A DNA stretch of 64,000 nucleotides from Candidatus Hydrogenedentota bacterium (GTDB taxonomy: Bacteria; Hydrogenedentota; Hydrogenedentia; Hydrogenedentales; SLHB01). Position numbers and translations under genes: made by a program. The notes beneath the pieces were generated by a model. The model searched no databases. It had not been told where the DNA came from and was given only the letters and a program-made list of their open reading frames with translations. The DNA lies in assembly GCA_045863335.1 (NCBI GenBank), contig BTVY01000026.1:1-64000 (forward strand), given 5' to 3'. Positions 40,623 through 49,841 of this stretch are shown in pieces (position 1 is the stretch's first letter; every line of letters begins with the position of its first letter).

Positions 40623-42299
40623 ATGATTAAAAACACCCCCAGACGAGAGGAAGGAATGGCGTTGCTCATTGCGACGATATTCGTCGCCATCGCTATCCTC
40701 ATGCTGAGCGCGCTTTCCGTGCGCGTGATTCAACAAAACAACCAGTCCCTTCAGTACAAGCTGTACAACGACGCGTTCACTGGCCTCGAATCGGCGCTGG
40801 CAGAAAGCTGGGTCGAGTTGGAGACGGGGCAGGACGGCATGGTCGGACTTGGTGTGTGGTCGCCGCCCGTCGGCTCGACGGGCCGGGTGCTGCCCACCTT
40901 CGACGACAGCGGCGTGCTGCCCGAAATGAGTTCCACCCAGCCGACCGTCCAGTACATGGCCTATGCCGACGACTGGTCCAGCAATGGCGAAGATGACGAC
41001 GGCGACGGCACTATCGATGACACCGGCGAGAACTTCACCTATACCGTCTACGCGTTCAGCCAGAATCGCGGCATTCAAAGAAACGTGGAAGTCGTGCTCA
41101 AGGGATTCGACGTCAACGTATGGCGCAACGCGATCTTTGCAGGCAACGGCCAGGCCGGAGGGCTTATCAACGGAAACGTCAGCATTCACGGCTCCGTCCA
41201 TTTGCTCGGAAGCAACGTGGTCAATGGGAATACGGTTTTGTCTGCCATCGACCTGAGCGGCACCAGCCTGATTCACAACAATTATGTGGGCATTCCGGCA
41301 GACTTGGCCGCCCGGATCCCGGCCCTCGATACGGTCCTCTTCGATGGCGAGATGGTCCAAACGCTGGAAGCCAAGTTGCGCGTCAAGAACGGCCTCGTAG
41401 GTATGTCCGGCAACTCGGAAATCGGCGAGCCGAACATCAGCGGAAACACCATCAAGGAAACCATGGATGGTACCTACGTCAGTGATGGATGGACAGGCAC
41501 GTCGGTCAACGACGACGGCGGACGGGGCGACCCCACGAACGTGTGGAGCGACAACGGGTGGGATGACTCGTACGATCTCGGCGACAAAGTGCCGATGCCG
41601 TTCCTGGCCGATGACTACCGCGAGTTGGGCACGGGAAACACGTACATCAATCCTTCCACGCTAACGAATTACACCCATGGAGAGTATTTCGAGCAGGTTC
41701 TGGCGGGAACGCCGTACACCGGGAACATGACGATTCAGGCCAACCAGAACTTCTACTACAACGCGACCCGGCCTTCAGAAGTGAATCCAGCGGGGCGGCT
41801 GGGTACGGATGACTACATTTATTTCGACGCGGCCACAAATCGCATGGAGATCAACGGCCAGATCCAGGTCAACGGCGACCTGGTGATTACCCGAGGCGGC
41901 GGTAACGACAAGAGCATCGACTACACGGGACGCGCCGCCCTTCTGGTCAAAGGCAATGTCACCCTTGACACGGACCTGCGTTCCATGAACGCCAACGGGA
42001 CCACGGCGAACAGCTTCCCTGCCGCCAATATTCTCGGAATCATGGCAGAGGGCAACATGACCGTCGGTTCGCTTTCACAACTGACCCTGATGGGCGCCTT
42101 CTACGCGCAGGGGACCGTTCAGTCCTCAAAGCAGACCACGACGATCGGAACCTTTGTCGGCAGTTATTTTGATATGGGAACCAACGTTCCCGAGATTTAT
42201 CAAGTCCCCAGCTTGGCCGATAATCTGCCGCTTGGCATGATCGGCGCTTATCCTATCCTCGTTTTCGACCAAGTCGCCTGGCGTGAGATTGGCACATGA
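40623..42299 (+). CDS. PilX-like minor pilin with large beta-rich C-terminal domain (cassette 1)
   Basis: G|MALLIATIFVAI lacking E5 (PilX/GspK trait); N/G/T-rich body. Confidence 0.8.
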   Translation: MIKNTPRREEGMALLIATIFVAIAILMLSALSVRVIQQNNQSLQYKLYNDAFTGLESALAESWVELETGQDGMVGLGVWSPPVGSTGRVLPTFDDSGVLPEMSSTQPTVQYMAYADDWSSNGEDDDGDGTIDDTGENFTYTVYAFSQNRGIQRNVEVVLKGFDVNVWRNAIFAGNGQAGGLINGNVSIHGSVHLLGSNVVNGNTVLSAIDLSGTSLIHNNYVGIPADLAARIPALDTVLFDGEMVQTLEAKLRVKNGLVGMSGNSEIGEPNISGNTIKETMDGTYVSDGWTGTSVNDDGGRGDPTNVWSDNGWDDSYDLGDKVPMPFLADDYRELGTGNTYINPSTLTNYTHGEYFEQVLAGTPYTGNMTIQANQNFYYNATRPSEVNPAGRLGTDDYIYFDAATNRMEINGQIQVNGDLVITRGGGNDKSIDYTGRAALLVKGNVTLDTDLRSMNANGTTANSFPAANILGIMAEGNMTVGSLSQLTLMGAFYAQGTVQSSKQTTTIGTFVGSYFDMGTNVPEIYQVPSLADNLPLGMIGAYPILVFDQVAWREIGT

Positions 42300-42835
42300 G
42301 TGACGTTCAAGACATGGGGTTTCTTCGAAAAAACTGGCATCTGCTTGCCGTATTCGTTGCCGTCGTGGCCGCCATTCCGGTGGTCGCCCTGAGAGAAAAA
42401 GCGCAGCAGCAGAACGCGGCACAGGCCGCTTCCCAGACGATTGATGCAACGGCTGCCCTCGGCGCCAAGTCTCGTATCGAGCCGGTCGCCCCACGGGATA
42501 CTCCACGAGACGCGGCCCTGAAGATCATCGAGTCCCACCGGCAGCGGTTTGAGGCGAACCCTCAAAGCGACGAAGCGCCGGCGCTGCTGAGTGCCATGGG
42601 TAATCTCTACCGGCAGCGATTGACCGACTACGGCCAGGCAGCAAGTTGTTTCGAGCGCCTGCTCACGGAGTACCCGGAAGCGGCGAACACGCGCGATGCG
42701 TACCTCCAACTCGTCATTTGCTACGACCGGCTCGGCGACGTCGAGAATCGCCGCCGAGTCCTTCGGCGAATGATGGACGTGTACCCGCCGGAATCCGAGG
42801 AGCACCTGTTCGCGGTCCGGGAACTGGGACTCTAG
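42296..42835 (+). CDS. Membrane-anchored TPR protein (cassette 1)
   Basis: N-terminal TM; ALLSAMGNLY...YGQAASCFERLLTEYP, AYLQLVICY. Confidence 0.8.
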   Translation: MSDVQDMGFLRKNWHLLAVFVAVVAAIPVVALREKAQQQNAAQAASQTIDATAALGAKSRIEPVAPRDTPRDAALKIIESHRQRFEANPQSDEAPALLSAMGNLYRQRLTDYGQAASCFERLLTEYPEAANTRDAYLQLVICYDRLGDVENRRRVLRRMMDVYPPESEEHLFAVRELGL

Positions 42836-42991
42836 GACGCCACGACCTCCGTTCGGCGTGCGGGGCATGGACCCGCCAGCGAATCGCCAATAGATCCACT
42901 CCCGCCCGCGCCATCGAGTCCAAACAACTTCATCTTAGCCCTCTCGCCTGTCACACGACGTATCACAAGACTCCGTCACAAAAGTAAACTA

Positions 42992-43060
42992 TTGACAAAA
43001 TATTCAAAATCACACATACTCTCAACCGTATGGTCAATTTCTGTGATTTGTGATTTTGAA
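42992..43060 (+). promoter_or_regulatory. Putative sigma70 promoter with 12-bp inverted repeat, upstream of pilin cassette 2
   Basis: TTGACA-17-CATACT; TTCAAAATCACA (43003-14) / TGTGATTTTGAA (43049-60). Confidence 0.55.
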
Positions 43061-43373
43061 CTAAGGTATAGTTGTAAGCTGTTTTATAGAAGGAATTTAT
43101 GGTTTACCTCGAAATGCCCGCTTTGCAAACCAGCAAAACCTGTGGCACAATTCCCCGTGAGCGCATGCTGGGACCGTGCGCATCCGTGACTGGGCGATTC
43201 GAACTGACAACAGGGATTCGTGCGGAACCTGCCCAAACGCTGGGGGCCATGGCAGGTTTCGCGAATCGTGGAAGTTACGGAGGCGTAGCGTTCGGGTATG
43301 GCGTGCCTGCCCGTGCTTAGGTCTTCCGACGCGAATGCTGCGGAGCGGGGTATGCCCCGGAGGACGTAGAGCA

Positions 43374-43787
43374 ATGCGATTCAAACGTTTGCAGGCAAAA
43401 CACGGCGTGACCCTCCTTGAATTGACCATCGCCATGGCAGTGTTCACGGTCGTTCTGGGGGCGACAGCCCAAGCGCTCATCTCGTATTACGTCGCCTTGG
43501 ACACCCAGAATCAACGCCACACCGCCGTGCGAAACTGCACCGGCATTGTCAGCAACATGCGCGACGTCCGCGACGCAAACCCCGAAAACTTCCCTGACGC
43601 GGTCGTGGCGCTCTGGCCGGACGGCGCCGAAGTGCCAAATGCGGGATCGCTTCCCCAAGAAGTCATCACGGTCGACTACGTCAATCCGGCGAGCAATCCC
43701 CTGGAAATCACGATACGCAGCCAATGGGTGGATCTACGCGGGCGCCCCGTGTTCCTCGATGTCTCCACCCTGTTGACGGATCGGTAA
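43374..43787 (+). CDS. Minor pilin, PilV-like (cassette 2)
   Basis: G|VTLLELTIAMAVF; C-terminal NPLEITIRSQWVDLRGRP matches cassette 1 NPTEVQVTITWNDVRGRP. Confidence 0.85.
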   Translation: MRFKRLQAKHGVTLLELTIAMAVFTVVLGATAQALISYYVALDTQNQRHTAVRNCTGIVSNMRDVRDANPENFPDAVVALWPDGAEVPNAGSLPQEVITVDYVNPASNPLEITIRSQWVDLRGRPVFLDVSTLLTDR

Positions 43788-43801
43788 TGGAGGTCTTGGG
43801 T

Positions 43802-44431
43802 ATGGGAGCAAAGGGATTCACGCTGGTTGAGCTCGTCATCTCCATGGCGATACTTACCATTATCAGCGTGCTAGGTGTTGTAGCCCTGCGCACGTCGACG
43901 ACCTCCGTGGCCACCGCGGAGAGCAAGGCCGACGTGCAGGACAACATTCGCGACGCGCTGGCAAGCATGGCCAGGGAACTCCAGATGGCCTCGAAAACCG
44001 CGGACGATTCCTTGACGCCGCCGCTCGTGGAGGTTGCGGTCAATGCCAATCCGGCCGTGGGCAGCCCGGCGGAACTCGTGTTCCAGACGCCGCTGAACGG
44101 CTCGGGCCGCAGCTGGTCGCAAGTCATCCGGTACCGCCATATCAATGAGGACGCGAACGAGAACGGACGCCTCGACGAAGGCGAAGATCTCGACGGGGAC
44201 GGCGTACTGAGCCGCCGCATCCTGCGCATTCAGGATCGTAACGGCGACGGCGACACGACGGACGACGGCGAGCAGATGCCCGTGGGGGGCGCCAACGATC
44301 TGAACAACGTACAGTTCGTCCGTGTTGGGGATATCGTGACGATTACGCTTACGGCGGAAAAGTTCCTGTCCGGCCGCCGCTCGGACCCGGTCCGCCTTAC
44401 GGTTTCATCCGATGTGTATTTGCAGAATTGA
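43802..44431 (+). CDS. Minor pilin, PilW-like (cassette 2)
   Basis: GGAGG RBS; G|FTLVELVISMAIL; NEDANENGRLDEGEDLDGDG. Confidence 0.85.
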   Translation: MGAKGFTLVELVISMAILTIISVLGVVALRTSTTSVATAESKADVQDNIRDALASMARELQMASKTADDSLTPPLVEVAVNANPAVGSPAELVFQTPLNGSGRSWSQVIRYRHINEDANENGRLDEGEDLDGDGVLSRRILRIQDRNGDGDTTDDGEQMPVGGANDLNNVQFVRVGDIVTITLTAEKFLSGRRSDPVRLTVSSDVYLQN

Positions 44432-44486
44432 GGCCGGTGCCGAGCGGACTCTGAACCGGGCATCTTGCCGCAAGGAGGAGATCTCC

Positions 44487-46715
44487 ATGGGATACAAGCG
44501 CAGGCATCAAGAGGGCATGGCCCTCGTGCTGGTCGTACTCGCGATGATCGTCGTACTGGGCGCCATTACGGTTGTGGTGGCGCGCGTGCATACGGCGAAA
44601 ATGCGCACCGACGCCGCCGTCGACCAGGCGCGACTGGACGAAGTGTGCAAGGCGGGTATCGACCTCGGTATCGAACGGATTTGGCACCAATACGTGATCG
44701 GCCAAGGCAACACCACCGGTAACCTGGCCTCGTACATGGTGTTCATTAATAACGTGATCCCGAACAACGAGGACTTGAACGGCAACGGCGAGGAAGACGG
44801 CGCCGAATTCGACATGGACGGCGACGGCGACTTCGAGATTGCCGATCCGATTCTGATTGTGGAGGAAGACGACAATCGTACCTTGCCGTCTGGCGGCCAG
44901 ATCGTGCAGGTATCGCTCGCCCGAACCGATGATGTTACCGGCACGACCGTGACCATCCGTGCGACCGGCCGCGTCGGCCAGCGTACAGCGGCCGCGACGC
45001 AGACCATTCGCGTCGCGGGCGAGCTGTTCGACGGTTTCGAATATGGAATCATGGCGAACAATATCAACTGTATTTTGTGCCACGCGGAAGTGCAGTCGCT
45101 CGACCTGTTCCGGAACAGCGACCCCTCGCAGTTCGGCACGTTTGACCGGATCAAGGTTGCGGCCCTTGAATCCCTGCTGATTCGCACCAGCGAAAATGTC
45201 AACACCCATTTCGCGGGGACCACCTACACGCGCGGCCAGGTGTACAACCAAGCGGGAACTCCGTTCACGGCCTCGACACTCGCCTCGTCTACGTTCAAGG
45301 CCTATCACTTCAATTCCAGCAACGGCAAGATTTCGCAGGACGGTTCTGGCAACATGCAGGTCACCAATCTCGCCAACGCGGGTACCGACGGCGACGGTAT
45401 GCTGGACCAGTTTGCGAACCTGTACCTCGACTACCCGACCGAAGATAACCTGATGACAGACGGCACGCTGCCGGAGGACTTCCCGACGCCTTATCCGGAC
45501 GACGACGGCGACCGGTATGTGGACGACGACGAGTTCTCGCGGGTGATCAACAGCACGAACGGGTCGATCACCTTTGAGCTGGATCCGTCCGAGGTGACCG
45601 GTTCCGTGACGGCGGGCGTGGCCTATGGCGTACCGACGGGTTCGGCCTATACCGGCGAATCCCTGCCCACCGCCTCGAATGGCGCCTTGACGACGCTCAC
45701 CGACGAGGGTTCCTACGACGGGAATCTCATCCTCATCGGCACGGAGGACGATCCTATCGTGATCGATAAGAAGGTCGCGGTCGACGGCGACTTGATCATC
45801 AAAGGCAAGGTCAAAGGATGGGGCCAGATCTTCGTGCGCGGCAATGTGTATGTCGCTGGTGACGTAACCTACGCGGATGCGCCGGGCGAATTCGGTGTTG
45901 CCGAAGACGGCACGACCAATGGGTTCGCGTTGACGGCCGGCGGCAGCATCATGATGGGCGACTACTTGACCATCCGCGCCAAGAAGCACACGGCCGACAC
46001 GGGCAAGTATCCCAGCGGCGGTTTCATCGACATGCGCGATGACCACGACACGCAGAACATCACCAAGAGCGGCACGACCCAGACGGTTCAGATGGGCTAT
46101 TTCGACGACGGCGTCGTGGATGCAGGCTGGTCGCAGGGCGCCCAGGACCAGATCAGTTTCACCACATCGGAAATCATGCTGTTCAACGAGATGGAGTACC
46201 AGAAGGCCCAGGCGGACCCGAACTACACGGCCCGCTACTACCGGCTGCGCCCCGATCAGCCTTTGTATCGGTACGTGTCCAGCGACGAACATACGGTCAA
46301 GTACAGCGAATCGGGCGTGCTGACCATCTCCGATCCCGGCACCGCGGCCATCCACGACCTGAACCCTAACAACTTCTGGGTCAGCGAAGATCAGTTGCGC
46401 AACTTCTGGTGGGCCGACGAAATGACGCGGCCCTCCAGCGGGCGGCCCTTCCAGTTCGACGGTCTCCTCTATTCCAACAACAGCATCTACGCCATCACGC
46501 GGAGCAGCGACCGGCACAAGTCGAACACGCGCGGCCAGATGACCATCCGCGGCAGCGTGATCTCCGCGGACCTGGGCGTGCTCGTGCCAGGCCCCGATTT
46601 CAGTGTGCCGCGGGACGCCTTGAAGCTGTATTACGACAAGCGCGTGGCAGACTTTCTCCGTGTCGAAGACACCACCCAGGTCGCCTTCCAGCGTCTGGCC
46701 TACCGGATAGACTAG
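44487..46715 (+). CDS. PilX-like minor pilin with large C-terminal domain, Ca-binding loops and a CxxCH motif (cassette 2)
   Basis: AAGGAGG RBS; G|MALVLVVLAM lacking E5; NEDLNGNG, DMDGDGD, DDDGDRYVDDDE; CILCH. Confidence 0.8.
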   Translation: MGYKRRHQEGMALVLVVLAMIVVLGAITVVVARVHTAKMRTDAAVDQARLDEVCKAGIDLGIERIWHQYVIGQGNTTGNLASYMVFINNVIPNNEDLNGNGEEDGAEFDMDGDGDFEIADPILIVEEDDNRTLPSGGQIVQVSLARTDDVTGTTVTIRATGRVGQRTAAATQTIRVAGELFDGFEYGIMANNINCILCHAEVQSLDLFRNSDPSQFGTFDRIKVAALESLLIRTSENVNTHFAGTTYTRGQVYNQAGTPFTASTLASSTFKAYHFNSSNGKISQDGSGNMQVTNLANAGTDGDGMLDQFANLYLDYPTEDNLMTDGTLPEDFPTPYPDDDGDRYVDDDEFSRVINSTNGSITFELDPSEVTGSVTAGVAYGVPTGSAYTGESLPTASNGALTTLTDEGSYDGNLILIGTEDDPIVIDKKVAVDGDLIIKGKVKGWGQIFVRGNVYVAGDVTYADAPGEFGVAEDGTTNGFALTAGGSIMMGDYLTIRAKKHTADTGKYPSGGFIDMRDDHDTQNITKSGTTQTVQMGYFDDGVVDAGWSQGAQDQISFTTSEIMLFNEMEYQKAQADPNYTARYYRLRPDQPLYRYVSSDEHTVKYSESGVLTISDPGTAAIHDLNPNNFWVSEDQLRNFWWADEMTRPSSGRPFQFDGLLYSNNSIYAITRSSDRHKSNTRGQMTIRGSVISADLGVLVPGPDFSVPRDALKLYYDKRVADFLRVEDTTQVAFQRLAYRID

Positions 46716-46728
46716 AGGAGCGGAACGT

Positions 46729-47646
46729 ATGACCAAGTTTTCACTTTCACTTGCCCTCGTCACCGGAATCGCATTTGCAGTCGCCGCATCCGCCGATACC
46801 GTGTACTTTCCGGACGGGACGACGGTAGACGGCGTCGTCACGGAGGTGAATGCGAATTGCATCGCCATCGAATCCGGCGGCGGGCGAATGCTCGTTCAGA
46901 CGAATCGAATCGCGCGCGTCGAAAAGAACGACAAAACCGGCACGCTCAATGTGAGCAAGACAAGCCCCTGGACGGTCAAGATCGAGAAAGAGATGCGCGA
47001 GAAGACCGGCATGACCCAGGAACAACGCGAAGAGATCGTGCGCATCATCGACCGCCTCGCCGCTGAGGATAACAACGAGCGGGCCCTATCGATCAAACGA
47101 CTCGTCGCCTTGCAGCAGGAAGTGGACGTGTTCAAGTTTCTCGTGAACACCATGAGCAGTTATGGCGCCCGCACCAAGCCGGGCGTGCTCGAAGTGCTGA
47201 TGGCCATCAACCGCGACGACGCGATTCCCGTCGTCCGGTCCTGCGCCACCGATCAGGTGCCGTCGAATCGGGCGGCCGCGCTGAAGATCATGGGCGAAGC
47301 GAAGGACGTGGCGTCCCTTGAAACGATCGCGCGCGGCATGGTCGATATCGACGAATCCGTGCGCGTCGCCGCCGCCGCCGCGCTCGCCGCAACCGGAAGC
47401 AAGCGGGCGACCCCGTTGCTCATCGATGGACTGGACAATCTCGACAAGCGCGTCGTCAACGCCTGCATGATGGCCTTGACAAGCTTGTGGAGCACGGAGG
47501 AAAGCCCGGTCAAGTTCGACGCGCCGGAGGGTTGGAAGTCGTTCTGGGCAGAGCGGGAAACGAGCGTGGCAGAACCCATCCGGATAGCGCAGCTCGAACC
47601 CCTCTTCGTGCCCGAGCCCGGACAGTACGTACTGGTTCATGAATAA
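46729..47646 (+). CDS. Secreted HEAT-repeat protein (cassette 2)
   Basis: Signal peptide then DTVYFPDGTTVDG small beta domain; HEAT repeats NRAAALKIMG and VRVAAAAALA. Confidence 0.78.
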   Translation: MTKFSLSLALVTGIAFAVAASADTVYFPDGTTVDGVVTEVNANCIAIESGGGRMLVQTNRIARVEKNDKTGTLNVSKTSPWTVKIEKEMREKTGMTQEQREEIVRIIDRLAAEDNNERALSIKRLVALQQEVDVFKFLVNTMSSYGARTKPGVLEVLMAINRDDAIPVVRSCATDQVPSNRAAALKIMGEAKDVASLETIARGMVDIDESVRVAAAAALAATGSKRATPLLIDGLDNLDKRVVNACMMALTSLWSTEESPVKFDAPEGWKSFWAERETSVAEPIRIAQLEPLFVPEPGQYVLVHE

Positions 47647-47668
47647 GCGCGCGGACCGTGCTTAGGTC

Positions 47669-47709
47669 AAAAAAAAGGGATGCCGGACTGTGTCCGGCAT
47701 CCCCTCTTG
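47669..47709. terminator. Rho-independent terminator between convergent genes
   Basis: A8-GGGATGCCGGAC-tgt-GTCCGGCATCCC; U-tract on the minus (leuD) strand. Confidence 0.85.
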
Positions 47710-47752
47710 AGTAGTCTCATTGACCACGCGGATCGCGTGACCGACCCTACAC

Positions 47753-48343
47753 TTACCCGCGCGTTTTCTCGAATGCGGTAATCTTGTCCTCGTGCCGTAA
47801 CGTCAAGCCGATTTGGTCCCACCCGTTCAACAGGCATTCCTTCTTGAAGGGGTCTACCTCAAACGCGATCGTGGACCCATCGGGCTTGGTTATCGTTTGG
47901 GCCGGCAAATCGACGGTCAGGGAGTACCCCTCCTGGCTGCGGACTTCCCGGAAGAGTTGTTCGATAACGTCCGCCGGCAGCACGATGGGCAGCATGCCGT
48001 TGTTGAAGCAATTGTTGAAGAAGATATCCGCGTACGAAGGCGCCAGGATGCAGCGGAATCCGTAGTTCTCCAACGCCCACGGCGCATGCTCGCGCGACGA
48101 ACCACACCCAAAGTTATCTTTGGTCAACAGGATGCTCGCTCCCTGGTACCGCGGCGCGTTCAACTCAAAGTCCGGATCGGGCGAACCGTCCGCCTTGAAT
48201 CGCCAATCGAAGAAGAGGAAATCCTCGTACCCCGTCCGTTCGATGCGTTTCAAAAACTGTTTCGGGATTATCTGGTCCGTATCCACGTTCAACGCTTCCA
48301 GTGGCGCGACGATCCCGGTCAATGTTGTAAAGGGCTTCATCAT
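47753..48343 (-). CDS. leuD: 3-isopropylmalate dehydratase small subunit
   Basis: [31 protein letters not shown]. Confidence 0.96.
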   Translation of the reverse strand: MMKPFTTLTGIVAPLEALNVDTDQIIPKQFLKRIERTGYEDFLFFDWRFKADGSPDPDFELNAPRYQGASILLTKDNFGCGSSREHAPWALENYGFRCILAPSYADIFFNNCFNNGMLPIVLPADVIEQLFREVRSQEGYSLTVDLPAQTITKPDGSTIAFEVDPFKKECLLNGWDQIGLTLRHEDKITAFEKTRG

Positions 48344-48413
48344 TTGTCTCCCACGTTACGCGGCCAGTGAGGCTGCTTCTCCGTGCTCCAATTCGGCCAT
48401 GTGCCGGCCGGGC

Positions 48414-49820
48414 CTAGTTGTATTTCCAGTCGCGAATGTCCACGAAGTGGCCTTTGATGGCGGCGGCCACGGCCATCGCCGGGCTGACGAGATGCGTGCG
48501 CCCGCCTTTACCCTGGCGTCCTTCAAAATTCCGGTTCGACGTCGACGCGCAACGGTCGCCCGGTTGCAGGATATCCGCGTTCATGGCAAGACACATGGAG
48601 CATCCCGCCTCACGCCATTCGAATCCGGCTTCCTTGAAGACTTTGTCGAGTCCTTCGGCCTCGGCCTGCAATTTCACTTGTTGTGAACCGGGGACTACGA
48701 GGGCCTGCTCCACCGACGGGCTGACCTTGTAGCCCTTGACGACTTTCGCCGCCGCGCGGATATCTTCGATCCGCCCGTTGGTGCAGGAGCCGAAAAACAT
48801 CTTGTTGATGGTGATCTTCTGGATCGGCACGCCTTCGGCCAGGTCCATGTACTTCAGCGCCTTCTCCGCCGCGTGACGCGTGTTGCCATCGCCGATCTCC
48901 GCGAGCACCGGTGTCGTACGGGTGACGCCCGTCACCATGCCGGGCGACGTGCCCCAGGTGACTTGCGGCTCAATTTCCGAGGCGTCCAACTCGACGACGC
49001 GGTCGTAGGCGCAACCCGCGTCGGAAGCCCAGGTGGCCCACTGCTTGGCCAGCGCGTCATGGCTCTTGCCGTTCAGGTATTCGCGACCCTTGAGATACTC
49101 GAAGGTCTTCTCGTCGGGCGAGATCAACCCCGCCCGCGCGCCCGCTTCGATGGACATGTTGCAGACCGTCATGCGGCCTTCCATGCTCAGCGACCGAATC
49201 GCATCGCCCGTATATTCGATTACATATCCCGTGCCGCCGGCGGTGCCGATCTTGCCGATGATCGCCAGGATGATGTCTTTCGCGGTGATCCCATGCGGCA
49301 GCGCGCCGTTCACACGGATCTCCATCGTCTTCGACTTCTTCTGCAACAGCGTCTGCGTCGCCAGCACGTGCTCCACCTCGCTCGTGCCGATGCCGAAGGC
49401 CAGCGCCCCGAAGGCGCCGTGCGTCGACGTGTGCGAATCGCCACAGACAATCGTCTGACCCGGTTGGGTCAGGCCCAGCTCCGGCCCAATCACGTGGACG
49501 ATGCCGTTGCGGCGGTCGCGCATGTCGAAACAGGCCACGCCCGCCTCCGCGCAGTTCGCCTTCAACGTCTCCACCTGCTGCGCCGACATGGGGTCTTCGA
49601 TGGGCTTGGAACGATCCGTTGTCGGGATGTTGTGATCCATCGTTGCAAACGTGAGGTCCGGACGGCGCACCTCGCGGCCTGCAAGCCGGAGGCCCTCGAA
49701 GGCCTGCGGTGACGTCACTTCGTGAACGTAGTGACGGTCGATATACAGAATGCTGTCCTGGCCTGGTTCCTCGTGAACGACGTGGGCCTCCCAGATCTTT
49801 TCGTAAATGTTCTTCGCCAT
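48414..49820 (-). CDS. leuC: 3-isopropylmalate dehydratase large subunit
   Basis: [48 protein letters not shown]. Confidence 0.97.
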   Translation of the reverse strand: MAKNIYEKIWEAHVVHEEPGQDSILYIDRHYVHEVTSPQAFEGLRLAGREVRRPDLTFATMDHNIPTTDRSKPIEDPMSAQQVETLKANCAEAGVACFDMRDRRNGIVHVIGPELGLTQPGQTIVCGDSHTSTHGAFGALAFGIGTSEVEHVLATQTLLQKKSKTMEIRVNGALPHGITAKDIILAIIGKIGTAGGTGYVIEYTGDAIRSLSMEGRMTVCNMSIEAGARAGLISPDEKTFEYLKGREYLNGKSHDALAKQWATWASDAGCAYDRVVELDASEIEPQVTWGTSPGMVTGVTRTTPVLAEIGDGNTRHAAEKALKYMDLAEGVPIQKITINKMFFGSCTNGRIEDIRAAAKVVKGYKVSPSVEQALVVPGSQQVKLQAEAEGLDKVFKEAGFEWREAGCSMCLAMNADILQPGDRCASTSNRNFEGRQGKGGRTHLVSPAMAVAAAIKGHFVDIRDWKYN

Positions 49821-49841
49821 GATGTGAACTACCGTCCTTTG

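Noticed and set aside
43141-43160. sigma54 promoter (TGGCAC), also at 16018
   Set aside because: No GC at the required GG-N10-GC spacing.
44397-46868. 823-aa antisense ORF (also 58346..60871, 34900..36636 and similar)
   Set aside because: Shadow frames of well-supported high-GC genes with no recognisable motifs.
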